In this document: in pieces, positions 9,985 through 20,125 of the stretch
How the letters are laid out: each line of letters starts with the position of its first letter
Numbering within the stretch: position 1 is the stretch's first letter
Origin: Promethearchaeota archaeon
GTDB lineage: Archaea > Asgardarchaeota > Lokiarchaeia > Sigyniarchaeales > SOKP01
Assembly (NCBI GenBank): GCA_016840165.1
Contig: JAEOSU010000080.1
Span: 150,036 to 214,035 of the forward strand
DNA: 64,000 nucleotides
Direction of reading: 5' to 3'
The notes under the pieces: model-generated
What the model was told of the DNA's origin: nothing
The model's input: only the letters and a program-made list of their open reading frames with translations
The model's database searches: none
Position numbers and translations under genes: made by a program

Positions 9985-10707
9985 TTGCCCTATTTTGAAT
10001 CGAGATTGCGAGTGAATTTCAATGACTTGGATGAAATTCATCGTGTATTAGAATTCTGTGAAAAATTGCAAATAAACAATTTGATTTTAGAACCTTTAAA
10101 TGATTCAAAGCATTTTCATGAAGATTTTTTATCGAAAATCAATAAAGACACAAAAATCAACATCTATATTCGATTTAATTTAACACCCAGAACTTTAAAT
10201 GAATTTAAAGAGGATTTGAAATTATATCGAAATCTTCCCTATATTCTTTCTTTGGAGACTAATGTGAAAGAGATTCAAATTCAAGCCGCTAAAGATTCAA
10301 GAATTCAACTTTTATCTTACTCAGATCCAGTTAATATGAAAACAGCAACACCTGGGGTAATCTCTCTGGCCAAACAAAATGGAACCTTTATAGAATGTTC
10401 CTTAGCACCTATAATGATAAAGAATAGAGCCTTGCAATCAAAAAATCTTCGATTAATATATCGTTTCTTACAATTAATACTGAGAATTAATCCTTACTTT
10501 ATTATTAGTGGGAATTTCGAAACTATATATGATTTAAGACATCCTAGGAACTTATGCAGTATTTGTAATACCTTGCTTGGAATGCCACTAGACAAGGCAA
10601 AAAATGCTTTTTCAAGAAACGTTGATATATTGTTAAAACAAGTAATAGAACGAAAAGAAAATAAGTTAGCCCAATCTGGTGTACGTTTAATTAAAGGGGA
10701 TAAATAA
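9985..10707 (+). CDS. rnp3: RNase P protein component 3 (Rpp30)
   Basis: PHP-like fold; ISG..YDLRHPR; adjacent to Pop5. Confidence 0.85.
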   Translation: MPYFESRLRVNFNDLDEIHRVLEFCEKLQINNLILEPLNDSKHFHEDFLSKINKDTKINIYIRFNLTPRTLNEFKEDLKLYRNLPYILSLETNVKEIQIQAAKDSRIQLLSYSDPVNMKTATPGVISLAKQNGTFIECSLAPIMIKNRALQSKNLRLIYRFLQLILRINPYFIISGNFETIYDLRHPRNLCSICNTLLGMPLDKAKNAFSRNVDILLKQVIERKENKLAQSGVRLIKGDK

Positions 10708-10710
10708 ATT

Positions 10711-11031
10711 ATGAAAGAGGAAAGACAAAGATATATTTTATTTAAAATTATAAAGGATGATCCAATATTTCTTAGCGATAAAATGCTATTGAATTCAATT
10801 TGGCATTCAATATGGAAATATTTTGGAATGGAGGGAGCTACGAAAATTGGTTTATGGTTAGTTGAGTATAATACAGATGAGGGCTATGGAATTATACGAT
10901 GCTCTCATATAACAAAAGAGATGATAATTTCTGCATTAACTATGATTCAGGAAATATCAGGGGTAAGAATAATTTTGTCTCCGATTAAAACATCAGGGAC
11001 TCTTAATAAAATTAAAAAGTATATTAAATAA
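10711..11031 (+). CDS. rnp2: RNase P protein component 2 (Pop5)
   Basis: RQRYI, GIIRC, TSGTL. Confidence 0.92.
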   Translation: MKEERQRYILFKIIKDDPIFLSDKMLLNSIWHSIWKYFGMEGATKIGLWLVEYNTDEGYGIIRCSHITKEMIISALTMIQEISGVRIILSPIKTSGTLNKIKKYIK

Positions 11032-11049
11032 AATAAATGAACCATTAGG

Positions 11050-11484
11050 ATGTCCAAAGAATTTTTAACAGATGCGATTATCGAAAAGAAGGTAAAAGTC
11101 GCTAATTATTTTCCTAATCTTTTTTTAAAATCGAAAGGAAAGTTTAAGGGCTATCCTAATATCCTTGTAGTTCGGTTATTAACAAAAAAGTTTGCTAAAT
11201 TATCAATTTATCCTTTAAAGAGCACCAAAATAGTTAAAATAATTCTCAGTGGTTTTGATTTTCAAAATGCAATGATTCAAAATACTATTAAAAAATTAAA
11301 AAATTATAATATAATTCACACTTCAGGACTCACATCCTTAGGGAAGAGAGCCTATTATGAATGCTATTTAGATTTAAGTTTTAGTGATAAAGATTATAAA
11401 TATTTAAAATCCGTATTAGATAATGTTAAAAATATATTTGAAGATATAAAGATTGTAGAAATTGGTTTGAATTTGAAGAGTTAA
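11050..11484 (+). CDS. Hypothetical protein, possible C-terminal ACT-like fold
   Basis: In operon; IIHTSG..YYECYL beta/alpha pattern. Confidence 0.5.
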   Translation: MSKEFLTDAIIEKKVKVANYFPNLFLKSKGKFKGYPNILVVRLLTKKFAKLSIYPLKSTKIVKIILSGFDFQNAMIQNTIKKLKNYNIIHTSGLTSLGKRAYYECYLDLSFSDKDYKYLKSVLDNVKNIFEDIKIVEIGLNLKS

Positions 11485-11488
11485 AAAG

Positions 11489-11941
11489 ATGAAGATATGG
11501 AATATTTCTCTAAGTTATGGTGAAAACGATACTAAAGAATTTGAGTTATTCGATACTTTTGAATTTTTCAATGGATATCTAAAAATAAAGCGTAGTTATT
11601 TTGAAAAACTGTTGAAAGCTGTTAATATGACTAAAAAATATAAAATTGAGAAAGCTATTTCAAAAGTAATCGATCCTGAAAAAAAGGATTGGACATTGAA
11701 TCCTTGGATGCTTTTTTTAGTAAAGGATAATGAAAAAGAGAACCCTTTTTGGCTCCTAATAAAGAGGGAAAAGGATTTATCAGGGACCCTTGTAGCTATC
11801 GGGCCTAAACAATTTAGAGATTACAATTCAAGTCTAAATAGTGAGGCAAAACGAGAATTGAAAAGATTGATAAATTTTATTATTGTTTATTTGAATAAGT
11901 TTAATTGTTTGATTCTTATTCCTAATTTTCTGAGAAAATAA
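11489..11941 (+). CDS. Hypothetical protein
   Basis: 150-aa ORF tightly spaced in operon. Confidence 0.6.
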   Translation: MKIWNISLSYGENDTKEFELFDTFEFFNGYLKIKRSYFEKLLKAVNMTKKYKIEKAISKVIDPEKKDWTLNPWMLFLVKDNEKENPFWLLIKREKDLSGTLVAIGPKQFRDYNSSLNSEAKRELKRLINFIIVYLNKFNCLILIPNFLRK

Positions 11942-11975
11942 CCTTCTCATAAAGAGAGTGAAGCAAATTTTTGCT

Positions 11976-12407
11976 TTATATTATTTTTTCACATTCCTCA
12001 TTAACAGCTTTCATAGTGCTATTAAAATCTTGCCACCAATCTTGTCCTTGTTGTGCTACTAAAATAGCATCTACTTTATTAGTGTCTAAGCACCTAATCT
12101 CTTCCTTTTGAGCTTTCACTTTATCTTGCCAAATTTGACTGAAAATATTTTGTAAATTAATTTTAACTTTTTTTACTAATTCCTCGTAAGTCACACTTAC
12201 ATCCTCTGTTTTTTGGAGCTTCTGGAGTTGATCAAACTTCACTTTTTCTTTAGCCTTATTTAAATCGCTACAATTAATTATAATTGTAAAAGGCTCATTT
12301 TTTCCATATTTACAATATTTTTGAATTTCACAAGGAGTACAATATTTTTCAAAGCTAATATTGAAATCCTCCAGACCAATTATCGAGTAATTTAAGATAT
12401 TTGACAT
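11976..12407 (-). CDS. Hypothetical Cys-containing protein
   Basis: CTPCEIQKYC...C motif; upstream TATA-like TTTAAA. Confidence 0.65.
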   Translation of the reverse strand: MSNILNYSIIGLEDFNISFEKYCTPCEIQKYCKYGKNEPFTIIINCSDLNKAKEKVKFDQLQKLQKTEDVSVTYEELVKKVKINLQNIFSQIWQDKVKAQKEEIRCLDTNKVDAILVAQQGQDWWQDFNSTMKAVNEECEKII

Positions 12408-12737
12408 GGAATGCTCTCTTAAAGGATGTTTAAATAATAAAAACCTTTAAAATATTAATATTTAAGGCAAAAGAAGACAAAAATTTTTTAACCATATTTT
12501 ATTAGATTATGATGTCTTTGCGTGTTCCTGCAACAGTACCTTCTTTTTTTAAGGTTTAATTTTAAAATAACAAGATTAATCTTTCAGAAACAGGATATAT
12601 TTGTTCAAACATTTCTTTAGTTAAATATGATTTTGTTTCTAACTAATTCGTCAATATATATAAAATTTCTATAATTACGAATAACCATATCCACATATTT
12701 AATTTTTCTTTAAATATATTCGGCTAGATTTACTACT

Positions 12738-14867
12738 ATGGCCTCTGATAATAAACAAAAATCCTTGCCACGACGATGCACCTATTGCAACGCTCGATTT
12801 AACGATGAACTCCGCCAACTTCTAGTGGAAGATGACGAACCCATTTATTGTGAATTATGTGGAACCGAAGTGAGAATTCACTCTACGCAAGAGTCTCAAA
12901 CTCATAAAAAAGGCTCTAAAAAAGGACGACCCTGCTCCAAAAAGAAACATAAAAAGAAAAGATCTAAAAAAAAGCGAAAACAAGAAACCCAGCACCTAAA
13001 TCCGATCACCCATATCGGCTTTGACCCCGAATTCCCCCTCATCTTCAAAGAAAACCTCATGCTCGTCCTCTCGCGAATCATATATCTCGCCATCAAAAAG
13101 GTCGACGATATTGAAGCTCTGAAAAATAGTAACCGCGACATTTCAAAAGAACTGATCGCCCAGCTTGAACACATCCTTGAACCAACCACGTGGGCGAAAA
13201 TTAAGGTCAATTTTCTTGGAAAGCTTTATAAGCTTACAATTGACCAGTTCTATGAGCACTTAAAACGACTCCAGAAAAAAATCCAGGAGAATGAGCAATA
13301 CCGCGAGCACTTTATCATCTTTCTGCGCTATATCATTAACAACACCTTTAGAATCATTTCAGAGATGTGGGAAGCCCCTGAAATCCCCAAATTCTTTCAT
13401 GTAATCCGGAAAGACCTCAAAAATTACGGGTTCGATGCGTATACTAAGGAAGATCACAGTGAAGAACAAGTAATTGAAAAAAATGTTGACAACACCTCCG
13501 AAAAATTTATAGTTATTGAAGAAAATGAGAATGTGGAAGCTCAAGAAGAATTCTTAGCTAACCCAATTGGTTTTAATCTCAACGAAGAAAAAAAAAGCAT
13601 CATTAGAAATTTTGTTATAAATTTATTCGGAAATGATCCAATAAACTGCTATAAAGATATCATCAATGATGAAAATTTTGGATCATTAAGATCCATTGCA
13701 GATCGCTTAGAAATATCAAGACCGACCCTTAAAAGTTATCTTTCGACCTGGTTCAAAATATTGTATAGGAAAAAAGCAGTAAATAATGTTTTTAAATTAT
13801 TCTGGAAAGAAAATTCTTCCAAACAAAAGGAAAAAATAATATTTAACGAGTTAATTGAAAAATATATCCGTTTATATCCAGATAGAATCTATTTAATTCC
13901 AACAAGAAATAGCTTATTAGCGAGTGAATTAAAGGGAATAATAAGCAAAAATACTTTTAGGCCTTGGGTAATAGATTACCTTGTTCAACTTAGGTTTAAA
14001 AGCCAAGATAAAGCAATTAAAATTTATAATGAAATATGGGGCAAAAATTGTGCTAGGAGAAGAAAGATTAAATATGTGGATATAAAAGATTTTATCCATC
14101 ATAGAAGTCATGGAAAAGCTTTTTTGCTAACATCTAAAGAAGATTTTGAACAAATACAGGGTTACCCTACAGAGAGAAACATTAGTATAGCATGTGGAGA
14201 GGAACATAAATTTTCTATCCAGGTTAGAAAGTTAATTTACGACTATAATTGGTGTCCATACTGTAATGAGTACCTTTGTGAAAAGTTCCTAGGGAGTTAT
14301 TTGGGATATCTATTTAAAACATCTTTCAAATCTCAAGTTTCTCTAAATGAGGCTTTTTGCATTGATAAAAAAGAGGAAATCGTAAAAACAGTAGAAATAG
14401 ATGGTATTAGGTATAAAATTTCTATTTTTCCTGGAAGATTGCGATATGATCATTATAGTGCTAGCGTTTATTTGACAGGAAAAAAGGAAGTCACTTATAG
14501 GTTTTTTGTTGCAGCAGAATACGATGGAATCCATCATGATGAGGAGAATATAATGCAAAATCCGTTTTGCGATAGTAATGAGGAATATGCTTCTATAGTA
14601 GCGAGGGACACTATTAAAAATGAAATCTCTTATGAAAAAAAAGTAATTCTGATAAGGCTAAAAGAGAAAGATGGTTTCAATCGGAGAAGACTGCAGTATA
14701 ACCAAAAAGAGACTATGAGAGAAATTATATCGCAATTTAAAAGACAAATCAAAGAATTATTTGATATTGAGGAGGTTGAGCTAAAATATGATCCATATAT
14801 TAGAATTGATCCTTTTGGAGAAAAAGAAATTTATCGACTACAAGGTTCTTTAGATAGATTCTTATAA
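12738..14867 (+). CDS. Multidomain protein: Zn ribbon, basic tract, HTH, second Zn ribbon, Vsr/PD-(D/E)XK-like nuclease, C-terminal PIP box
   Basis: CTYC/CELC; SLRSIADRLEISRPTL; CGEEH..WCPYC; LRYD..AEYDGIHH..RDTIKN; QGSLDRFL. Confidence 0.7.
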   Translation: MASDNKQKSLPRRCTYCNARFNDELRQLLVEDDEPIYCELCGTEVRIHSTQESQTHKKGSKKGRPCSKKKHKKKRSKKKRKQETQHLNPITHIGFDPEFPLIFKENLMLVLSRIIYLAIKKVDDIEALKNSNRDISKELIAQLEHILEPTTWAKIKVNFLGKLYKLTIDQFYEHLKRLQKKIQENEQYREHFIIFLRYIINNTFRIISEMWEAPEIPKFFHVIRKDLKNYGFDAYTKEDHSEEQVIEKNVDNTSEKFIVIEENENVEAQEEFLANPIGFNLNEEKKSIIRNFVINLFGNDPINCYKDIINDENFGSLRSIADRLEISRPTLKSYLSTWFKILYRKKAVNNVFKLFWKENSSKQKEKIIFNELIEKYIRLYPDRIYLIPTRNSLLASELKGIISKNTFRPWVIDYLVQLRFKSQDKAIKIYNEIWGKNCARRRKIKYVDIKDFIHHRSHGKAFLLTSKEDFEQIQGYPTERNISIACGEEHKFSIQVRKLIYDYNWCPYCNEYLCEKFLGSYLGYLFKTSFKSQVSLNEAFCIDKKEEIVKTVEIDGIRYKISIFPGRLRYDHYSASVYLTGKKEVTYRFFVAAEYDGIHHDEENIMQNPFCDSNEEYASIVARDTIKNEISYEKKVILIRLKEKDGFNRRRLQYNQKETMREIISQFKRQIKELFDIEEVELKYDPYIRIDPFGEKEIYRLQGSLDRFL

Positions 14868-14985
14868 TTTTTTTCCAAAAATTTTTTAGGCATTCACTAT
14901 AAAAATTAATTATTAAAGCAATAATTAATGATTATTACAAGCACTAAAAATTCAAGCTTCTAAAACATAAAATTATTCTTTTCGA

Positions 14986-15102
14986 GGGAAAGTGGCTTGG
15001 GAGAGATGATGTTTACTTGCGAGACGTCTCTTCATTGGCTTAGCCTGGTATAGCGCACGGCTGATAACCGTGAGGTCGGGGGTTCGAAGCCCCCCTTTCC
15101 CA
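14986..15102 (+). tRNA. tRNA-Ile(GAT) with 43-nt insertion at the start of the D-arm
   Basis: Acceptor GGGAAAG/CTTTCCC, anticodon arm CACGG-CTGATAA-CCGTG, T arm GGGGG-TTCGAAG-CCCCC. Confidence 0.92.
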
Positions 15103-15221
15103 TTCAATAAATTATACATATCTATAGAATTTTATCAATGTTATATATATAAATGATAATAACTCATTCTTTTAATTTTAAATATTGATTTAAACAATAA
15201 TACCTTATATTGGAGAGGTAA

Positions 15222-15815
15222 ATGAAATTTATTATAATTTCGGGAACACCGGGAACTGGAAAGACCACAATTTCTAATAATTTGCTTAAGTATATTAATG
15301 CAAAAGTCATTTCGTTGAATGAACTTGTTATTGAAAGAAATTTCGTCTTAGAATATGATCAGGAAAGAGAAACATCTATTATTGATGAGAAGAAGTTAAT
15401 TAAAAATTTGGATAAAATGATTAAAAATTATGTGAAAACGTCTATAGATTACCTAATCATTGAGGGGCATTTCTCGGATATTATTCCAGAAAAATATATG
15501 GATCTCATTATTATACTACGATGTCACCCAGATGAGTTATTTGTTAGATTGAAAAAACGAGGATATATGAATAAAAAGATTTTAGAAAATATCCAGTCAG
15601 AAATTTTAGGGAGTTGTGCTAATTATTTTATTTCAAAGGAAAGAGAATTACCTTTGTATGAAATCGATACCACTAATTCCAAAATAAAGGAGATTTCAAA
15701 AAAGATTCTTGATATTATAAACGGTAATGTGGATATAAATGATTATCTGATTGGTGAGATTGATTGGCTTGAAGAGATTTCAAATCAAGACCGATTAAAT
15801 GAATTTTTTAAATAA
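15222..15815 (+). CDS. Adenylate kinase, Fap7/AK6 type
   Basis: GTPGTGKT, EGH, RL..RGY...KI.ENI. Confidence 0.9.
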   Translation: MKFIIISGTPGTGKTTISNNLLKYINAKVISLNELVIERNFVLEYDQERETSIIDEKKLIKNLDKMIKNYVKTSIDYLIIEGHFSDIIPEKYMDLIIILRCHPDELFVRLKKRGYMNKKILENIQSEILGSCANYFISKERELPLYEIDTTNSKIKEISKKILDIINGNVDINDYLIGEIDWLEEISNQDRLNEFFK

Positions 15816-15846
15816 TTTTGAATAAGAGTATGAAAAGATTAGGTCT

Positions 15847-17487
15847 ATGATTTTTGAAGTAAATGATGTAGATGCAATGGGACGTATAGGAATAATCAAA
15901 GTCAATAATAAAGAAATGATTACTCCAAATTTATTTCCTGTTGTACATCCTATAAATAATTCTGTTCCAATAAGCGATTTAAAAAAAATGGGGGCAGATT
16001 GTCTTTTTACTAATTCATATATACTTTATCAAAATGAAAATATAAAAGAAAAAGTGCTTAAGAACGGAATTCATAAACATCTCAACTTCAATGGGATCAT
16101 TGCGACAGATAGCGGTGCATTTCAGCAGTATATGTACAATAATCATGGTTTTGAAATAAAGCCTGAAATTATTGAAAAGTTCCAAGAGGATATTGAATCT
16201 GATTTTCCCGTTATCTTAGATATTCCAGTGCAACCAGATGATGATTATAAGACTGCAAAAATTAAAGTCGAATTAACAATTAAGAGAGCTAAAGATAATA
16301 TTACAAGAAGAACAAGTCAAAAATCTCACTGGATTGCTCCTGTACATGGAGGAATTTATACTGACTTACTAAGGAAAAGTGCGGTTGAGATAAGTAAATT
16401 AGATTTTGCGATATTTGCGTTAGGTGGTCTGGTCAAGTTATTTTTAGATTATAGATTTAAGTTAGCAATTGAAATGCTCTTAAATGTTAAAGAAAACATT
16501 ATTCCAAATAAACCAATTCACATGTTTGGATTAGGTTTGCCGCAATTTTTCTCTCTTGCTGTTGCCTGTGGATGTGATCTTATGGATTCTGCTGCTTATA
16601 TCTTATTTGCTAAAGAAGAGAGATACTTTACACTTTCAACTGGTACAAAATCTTTAAATGATTTAGAAGAATTTCCATGCAATTGTCCAATATGTTCAAA
16701 ACATACACCACAGGAACTAAAAAATCTAAGTAAGGAATTAAGAATTAGAATGTTAGCAAAGCATAATCTTTATGTTTCATTTTCAGAACTAAATACAATT
16801 CGTCAATCTATTAGGGAAGGAAATTTATGGGAATTAGTTGAGCTAAGAGTACGAAATCATCCTAATTTAGTCAAAGCTTTGAAAGTAATAAGAGAGCATA
16901 AAACATTATTTGAGAGCCATGAAAAATTATATAAAAAACATGGAAGATTATATACTTCTAAAGAAAGTTTAGAGAGACCACTTATTTATAGATATCAAGA
17001 GAGAATTAAAAATAAATATAGGGTACCACAGGAGGCTAAATATCTTCTTATTTTACCTGAACTTGATGTAAAGGGGAAAAATTCACCTTCAATATTGAAC
17101 TGGTTAAATTGTTTAGATCAAAATGCAATGATTAATAGACGTGATGTTCACGTAGTTTTTAGTTCATTTATTTATGGAATTATTCCAATTGAGTTGACGG
17201 ATACGTTTCCAATGGGCCAATTTGAATCTATCGAATTTGAAAGTTCATTTTGTGAGAATTATATGGAAAAAGTCAAACAATTTTTCGAAAAACATGGTAA
17301 TCGATATCATAAATGTGCGATTTTGATTCCAGAATACTATATAGATCAATTTCATAATCAACAGAAGTTTTTAGAAAATAATGGTTTAAATTCACTGAAA
17401 TTACATCTTAAGTCTCAATATAAATCTAATTTCAAAGAGTTTAAAGATATTGATTCAATTATTAAATTTTTTACTGGTGATGACTAA
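15847..17487 (+). CDS. tgtA: tRNA-guanine(15) transglycosylase (archaeosine), no obvious C-terminal PUA
   Basis: TDSGAFQ, HMFG, DLMDSAAY, CNCPIC, HNL. Confidence 0.95.
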   Translation: MIFEVNDVDAMGRIGIIKVNNKEMITPNLFPVVHPINNSVPISDLKKMGADCLFTNSYILYQNENIKEKVLKNGIHKHLNFNGIIATDSGAFQQYMYNNHGFEIKPEIIEKFQEDIESDFPVILDIPVQPDDDYKTAKIKVELTIKRAKDNITRRTSQKSHWIAPVHGGIYTDLLRKSAVEISKLDFAIFALGGLVKLFLDYRFKLAIEMLLNVKENIIPNKPIHMFGLGLPQFFSLAVACGCDLMDSAAYILFAKEERYFTLSTGTKSLNDLEEFPCNCPICSKHTPQELKNLSKELRIRMLAKHNLYVSFSELNTIRQSIREGNLWELVELRVRNHPNLVKALKVIREHKTLFESHEKLYKKHGRLYTSKESLERPLIYRYQERIKNKYRVPQEAKYLLILPELDVKGKNSPSILNWLNCLDQNAMINRRDVHVVFSSFIYGIIPIELTDTFPMGQFESIEFESSFCENYMEKVKQFFEKHGNRYHKCAILIPEYYIDQFHNQQKFLENNGLNSLKLHLKSQYKSNFKEFKDIDSIIKFFTGDD

Positions 17488-17492
17488 ATTCT

Positions 17493-17915
17493 ATGATTTT
17501 AGAAGAAATATATGCTTATGGGCATGAAAATATTAGCTGCTCTCACTCTAGTACTATTGAACTAACAAAGGATTCATATGTTACGAAAAGAGGGACATGC
17601 ATTTTAGGGATTAAAGCTACAAAAGCCTGTAGTGATTTGAATGAAATTACAAAAGAAAAAATAAGACATGGAAAAAAGTTATCTATATTAATCAAAATCG
17701 ATGATAATTGTGAGGAATTTTATGGATTTGGGCATGCTAATTTAAAGTTGCTAAATAGAAAAGAAATGGTTTTTCGAAAGAGTAATTTTATATGCGATAG
17801 AACAGTTTTAATACGATGCTCTAAAGCTTCTAATGATTTAAATAAAGAGCTCATAAACAAAATAATGGACTCCAAAAAAAGATTCTTAATTATAATCTCA
17901 GATAATGACTCATAA
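17493..17915 (+). CDS. DUF371 family protein
   Basis: GHENI..SH..TIELTKD..T.RGTCILG; VFRKSNF. Confidence 0.9.
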   Translation: MILEEIYAYGHENISCSHSSTIELTKDSYVTKRGTCILGIKATKACSDLNEITKEKIRHGKKLSILIKIDDNCEEFYGFGHANLKLLNRKEMVFRKSNFICDRTVLIRCSKASNDLNKELINKIMDSKKRFLIIISDNDS

Positions 17916-19059
17916 AGCAGAAAATAATGAACAAGAAGGTTTATTTATAAGGCTAAATAAACATGACGTTCAATCTTTCATAGATTTAGTACAAAGACAA
18001 TTTAAATCTAAACCTACCATCGAATATAGATATAAATTTATTAAAGAAAGAGATTTTATACTAATTCCTTTAAATCGAAGTTCTATGGATGAGATACAGA
18101 ATTATATTGAAAGCAATAGGTCCTTGAAATATGAGATTGTTAGTAGAAAGGTTATTAAAAATCCAAAATTTAAATATAAGACTATAGAGGATCTTCTAAA
18201 AGAAGAAAGACCTGAATGGAATTATAAGTTAATTCCAAAATCTTATGATATTATTGGATCCATTGCAATAATCGAGTTTCCCAACTTAGATAACTTATCC
18301 CAGAAAGAAAAAAACCTCTTCAAAGAAGATGTAGCAAAAGCCGTAGTTAATGTAAATAAATCTGTTAAATCAGTCTACGAAAAAGTCAGCCAAGTAAAGG
18401 GTGAATATCGTTTAAGAAATCTTCAAATCTTATTTGGAAACGATGATCCTGAGACAGTTCATAAAGAAAATCATGCCATTTTTAAATTAAATGTAAAAAA
18501 GACTTATTTTACTCCCAGATTAGTAACTGAACGCAAAAGAATAGCTAATTCGAATATATGTAAAGGAGAATTAATTGTGGATATGTTTGCGGGAGTGGGA
18601 CCATTTTCAATCCAAATCGCAAAGAAAAGAGACGTACAAATTTATTCTTTTGATATAAATGTCGATGCCTATAAGTATCTAAAAGAAAATATCTTTTTAA
18701 ACAATGTAGAAAAAAAAATTTTTCCATATAATATTAATATTAAAACATTATTAGAATCTGAAAGCCAACTAAATATTTTATTGAGGGGGAAAATAAATAG
18801 AATTATCATGAATTTACCTGAAAAATCTTTAGAATTTCTCGATGTAGCTTGCTTTTTAATGAAAAAGAATGGTGGAATAATTCACAATTACCAATTTTGC
18901 AGTAAACCCAAACCAATTGAGCTAGGAATTAAAAAATTTTCTCATACTTTATCTAAATATCAATACCAAATCGAAAAGGTTATTCATGCAAATATAGTAA
19001 AATCTTATTCACCCCTTATGGATCTCATTTCTCTAGATGTAAAAATTATAGCAAAATAA
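17905..19059 (+). CDS. trm5: tRNA (guanine-37-N1) methyltransferase Trm5 family
   Basis: SYDIIG, GEYR, DMFAGVGPF, IMNLP. Confidence 0.92.
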   Translation: MTHKAENNEQEGLFIRLNKHDVQSFIDLVQRQFKSKPTIEYRYKFIKERDFILIPLNRSSMDEIQNYIESNRSLKYEIVSRKVIKNPKFKYKTIEDLLKEERPEWNYKLIPKSYDIIGSIAIIEFPNLDNLSQKEKNLFKEDVAKAVVNVNKSVKSVYEKVSQVKGEYRLRNLQILFGNDDPETVHKENHAIFKLNVKKTYFTPRLVTERKRIANSNICKGELIVDMFAGVGPFSIQIAKKRDVQIYSFDINVDAYKYLKENIFLNNVEKKIFPYNINIKTLLESESQLNILLRGKINRIIMNLPEKSLEFLDVACFLMKKNGGIIHNYQFCSKPKPIELGIKKFSHTLSKYQYQIEKVIHANIVKSYSPLMDLISLDVKIIAK

Positions 19060-19126
19060 TCGCTCTTAGATTCCCTCTTATAAAGAGATAAGGAGCTTAT
19101 TAATAAAATATAATCTGATTTGGGAG

Positions 19127-19201
19127 TGGACTTGGCAGGATTCGAACCTGCGATCTTCGGATTAGAAGTCCGACGCCATATCCAGGCTTGGCTACAAGTC
19201 C
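19127..19201 (-). tRNA. tRNA-Arg(TCT), intronless
   Basis: GGACTTG/CAAGTCC acceptor; TCGGA-CTTCTAA-TCCGA; GCAGG-TTCGAAT-CCTGC. Confidence 0.97.
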
Positions 19202-19380
19202 ATATTACGCTTAGTTATTTTTAAAAATTCAATTTTAGCTTTAAATTTTATTATTCTCTAACGAGCTATCTTGAATTAAGTGATTATTAATAAATAATTA
19301 ATAGATTTTTTTTAATAATTTGCTGCATGTTTACTTTTATAGGACATTATTTTAGATAGAGGTTTATATTCGATATTAAT

Positions 19381-20118
19381 ATGAAAATGCTGAAGACAAA
19401 GGTTTATATTCATAGAAAAATACCTTATGCTTTTAATTGGAATGAATATAACCATTCCCAAAAGTTCTCTCAATTATTTGGGAATCACCAAGAAATTAAA
19501 AGAATGAGCGCCTATTTGGAGAAAATTCACCATGGAGATATTCCAAATTATCTTTTTAATGAAGTAAATTCTCCAAGAGTTTCTCAATTTAAAGTAAAAG
19601 GGATTAGACATGCTTTCCTTAGTAGTTTTAGCAAAAAATTAATTCGACAAGGAGCTATTTCTTACTTAGATTCAAATTCTAAATTACCCTTATATGTCCA
19701 AAAAGTGTATAACACATACAGAAAGAATGGAATTACGAGGGTTCCTGGGCATGAACCAGTTCTCAAGAACATATTGATTAAAGATACGAATTCAATTGCT
19801 ATTGAAGTACCAATTTGGAAAAAATTTGGGGAGTATTTTATCACAGGTCATATCGATTTAATTCAAATTGTAAATGATACTGTTAAAGTTGTAGATTATA
19901 AGCCTGAGGGAAATTTTATTGTTTCTTTACCTCAGGTGGCTTCATATGGATTAATAATTAAATCAATACTTAATCTAAGTAAAATTACATGCGTCTCTTT
20001 CAATAAAAAAGAAGGTTGGGAATTCAATCCTGAGATATTGAACACGAAAGTCAGAGCTTTTTTGGAATTACATAGAATTAATGAAAGACCATGGGAAAAA
20101 TTCATAGAAAATTTATGA
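19381..20118 (+). CDS. PD-(D/E)XK nuclease (RecB/Cas4-like core)
   Basis: IEVP..GHID..VVDYK..QVASY. Confidence 0.85.
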   Translation: MKMLKTKVYIHRKIPYAFNWNEYNHSQKFSQLFGNHQEIKRMSAYLEKIHHGDIPNYLFNEVNSPRVSQFKVKGIRHAFLSSFSKKLIRQGAISYLDSNSKLPLYVQKVYNTYRKNGITRVPGHEPVLKNILIKDTNSIAIEVPIWKKFGEYFITGHIDLIQIVNDTVKVVDYKPEGNFIVSLPQVASYGLIIKSILNLSKITCVSFNKKEGWEFNPEILNTKVRAFLELHRINERPWEKFIENL

Positions 20119-20125
20119 AAAATAC

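Noticed and set aside
12505-12552. GC-richer stretch ATGATGT...CTGC followed by a T run, considered as a C/D sRNA
   Set aside because: Boxes are degenerate, no terminal D box, no recognisable target
12408-15102. Integrated element at tRNA-Ile
   Set aside because: No integrase and no duplicated att fragment found
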